Assembly (NCBI GenBank): GCA_010015805.1
Contig: ML978125.1
Coordinates: forward strand, 620,001 to 684,000
Source of the DNA: Rhizodiscina lignyota
Lineage: Eukaryota
Direction: 5' to 3'
DNA: 64,000 bases
Position 1 is the first letter of the stretch. Each line of letters begins with the position of its first letter. The notes under the pieces were generated by a model. That model was not told where the DNA came from and did not search any database. It was given only the letters and a program-made list of their open reading frames with translations. The position numbers and the translations under genes are program-made. Positions 61,883-64,000 of the stretch are shown here, in pieces.

Positions 61883-63625
61883 TTATCGAGCTCGCCGATA
61901 AAGAGCAGACTTGGACCATGGAGGATCATTAGCAAGTGCCTTCAAAGCTGCAGCCAGCTCCTCCTCGTCGCGACTCAAACCCTTCGTAATCCTAGACTCA
62001 TCCTTTGGCTTGTTAAAATACGGGTCATCAATCTCGCAGGTGGTCCCAACCTTCGGCAACTTTCCACTATCAAGATACTTGCGGACATGCTTGGCAGTAC
62101 AGTTGCTCGGCATGCTGACCGTGCAATGCCCCATGCTTCTCTGCTCCAGCAACACGCTGCCTTCATAGACCGCATTCGCCTTCTGAGCCGATATGAGCGG
62201 ACATATGGGGTCAAGAGACGTGCTGAGAATGAGCAGCGGATGAGCCGTCTTGACACGCTCTGCAGGCACGAAAGAGTGGCTGCGAGCGTATCTCCAGGAC
62301 TCTAGCTCGAATAAGGAATCCGCCTCGGTGTCTCCCGCGATGGTGGATGCATTGTGGAAAGCATTCATCGCAACAAGAATCTCTCGTCTCGTCATCTTCG
62401 GCCTGGTGAGTTGATCTCGCGGCGCCAAGTCACTGTTTACGATAACCATGTTGGCTTCGTAAAGATCGCTCCACTCGTTTTCTGGTAGCGACCAGGCCTG
62501 GAAGGGAACCGAGAGGTTGCCTTGCATCAATGCTGCAAGATTCTCCGCTAACTGCGGCCAAGTGGTTGGCTTGTATAGGGAGGGGAATATCCCGTCCCAG
62601 GCAACGTCGAAGAAACGTATTTCTCCGTGCAAGCTGGCGTTAATGTATACAGGAATGGGGTCGTCGTAAAGGTCCAGGATGGTTCTTGTCAGGTTGGTGC
62701 GAAGATCCTCTGCAGAGACGTAGCCAGCAGCTAGCGGACAAGCATCCCCCGATTTGAAGCACTCTTGAATGAATCCCTTGTACACTGCATCGGTAGAATC
62801 GAACTCGTCAGCACTTGACAGCTTCGGGTTGTACCAAGGGATCTGATTAGACACGCCGTCGATGATTAGGCGCTCGACTCTTTCGGGAAACATTTGGGCA
62901 TAGGTCTGGCCCAAGGTTGTTCCGTAGGAGAAGCCCCAGTAGAGCATCCTTTCCTGCCCGACGGCATCAAGAATGGAGTTCATGTCAGCAGCGGTCTGCG
63001 GCGTGTTGAAGTACGCGCCTGCTTCGCCCATGATATCTCGGCATGCCTGCGCCAGATTCTCATAGTACGCATAGAAGTCGCCGGACTGAGTCCACGGATC
63101 CAAAGGTTTCAAGGCCTTGTCGACCGTTCTGTCAATGTCATTCAAAAAGCACGCAGCTTTCGGTGTTGACTGGTTCACACCCCTGGGGTCGAAAGAGAGC
63201 AAATGGTACCCTTCGCCGACGATTTTGTTGAGCTGCTCTCCGCGCCTAAATACGAATTCGCCTCCACTTCCACCAGGTCCGCCGGGGTTGATGAGGAGAG
63301 ACTTGGTAGCATTCTTTCCGACAAGCCTCGTGAGAGCAAGCGAGAACGTCTTCTCGGCTGTCGTCGAGCCTTCTTCTGCAAAATGGTCCATGGGGACATC
63401 AAGGCGAGCACATTGGACATCATGCCCTGCGACGGCTCCACAGGGCGACCAATCGAGGCCTGAGGTCTGTGGTACTAGTTTTGAATGAAAGAGTCGAAGG
63501 ATGTTGTGCCCGACGACAAGCATCATCAACACCGCCATCAATCGTCTGAGCGGGGTGAGCCGCTTTGGCTTCTCAGGGCTTGCGCCTTCTGCGCCGAGAA
63601 GCGGAATGCTCTTCTCATCTCTCAT
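61883..63625 (-). CDS. TAP-like alpha/beta hydrolase (putative serine aminopeptidase) with N-terminal anchor
   Basis: Intronless. NPGGPGGSG, FDPRGV, nucleophile GFSYG, RLIIDGV, DPICP and GHCT; hydrophobic segment near the N-terminus. First ATG at 63625. Confidence 0.85.
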   Translation of the reverse strand: MRDEKSIPLLGAEGASPEKPKRLTPLRRLMAVLMMLVVGHNILRLFHSKLVPQTSGLDWSPCGAVAGHDVQCARLDVPMDHFAEEGSTTAEKTFSLALTRLVGKNATKSLLINPGGPGGSGGEFVFRRGEQLNKIVGEGYHLLSFDPRGVNQSTPKAACFLNDIDRTVDKALKPLDPWTQSGDFYAYYENLAQACRDIMGEAGAYFNTPQTAADMNSILDAVGQERMLYWGFSYGTTLGQTYAQMFPERVERLIIDGVSNQIPWYNPKLSSADEFDSTDAVYKGFIQECFKSGDACPLAAGYVSAEDLRTNLTRTILDLYDDPIPVYINASLHGEIRFFDVAWDGIFPSLYKPTTWPQLAENLAALMQGNLSVPFQAWSLPENEWSDLYEANMVIVNSDLAPRDQLTRPKMTRREILVAMNAFHNASTIAGDTEADSLFELESWRYARSHSFVPAERVKTAHPLLILSTSLDPICPLISAQKANAVYEGSVLLEQRSMGHCTVSMPSNCTAKHVRKYLDSGKLPKVGTTCEIDDPYFNKPKDESRITKGLSRDEEELAAALKALANDPPWSKSALYRRAR

Positions 63626-64000
63626 GACGATGTTCAAGTTTGAGATGAAGATAATGTTTCCTGAGCCAAGTCTTCGCCTTTTCAGGGCTTGGGATTCAGC
63701 GGTAAGTCCTCAAAACCGAAGAGGACATGTAAATTTTCTTAGTCAGTAACAATTACCAGAACGGGCAGTTCGTCCAGAAAGAGGAGTTAACAGAAGCCAT
63801 GTCCAGGAGCAAGTTCGTATATGGCTGATTGAGCTCAATATCAATTTTATGCCTCCGTCATCCAAGACATGAGGCCGTGTCTCGTTTTCCTCATCTATTT
63901 TCCCACTTAGAAGGTCGCTGAGGATCTCGATTGGAACATGGCTGAAACCCTGGCAAAAAGGACTACGCAGAACACGAATTATCACTAATGGGATGTGTGA

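Overview
Eukaryotic, intron-rich filamentous-ascomycete (Pezizomycotina, probably Dothideomycete; inferred) chromosomal DNA with GT..CT(A/G)AC..YAG introns mostly 45-65 nt long. I can support 21 protein-coding genes: a 5'-truncated APC amino-acid permease, a hidden 93-aa three-exon gene, an OPT transporter, a PX/DUF3818 protein, a CE4 deacetylase, Ars2/SERRATE, TspO, an SDR, Mps1, Lrg1 LIM-RhoGAP, Rpb4, Rim15, a Zn2Cys6 transcription factor, an Mgr3/TTC19-like TPR protein, a DUF1989 protein, a class III chitin synthase, a DUF218-like protein, an Msy-type MscS channel, Rad6, kinesin-1 and a TAP-like hydrolase. I found no tRNA, rRNA, CRISPR array or intact transposon. Most of the window is ordinary housekeeping DNA. 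The best oddities are: the small three-exon gene the ORF track misses, with an orphan intron or gene relic next to an atypical permease; a kinesin start codon split by an intron (AT|G); a 337-nt hairpin-rich intron in the deacetylase; a 581-nt Ars2 intron that is an in-frame ORF; a DUF1989 domain split by a ~280-aa insert with W-x-x-Y-I-P-S-like repeats; and a run of hairpins in an intergenic spacer. Exon boundaries were read by eye and family names come from recognised motifs, not database searches.
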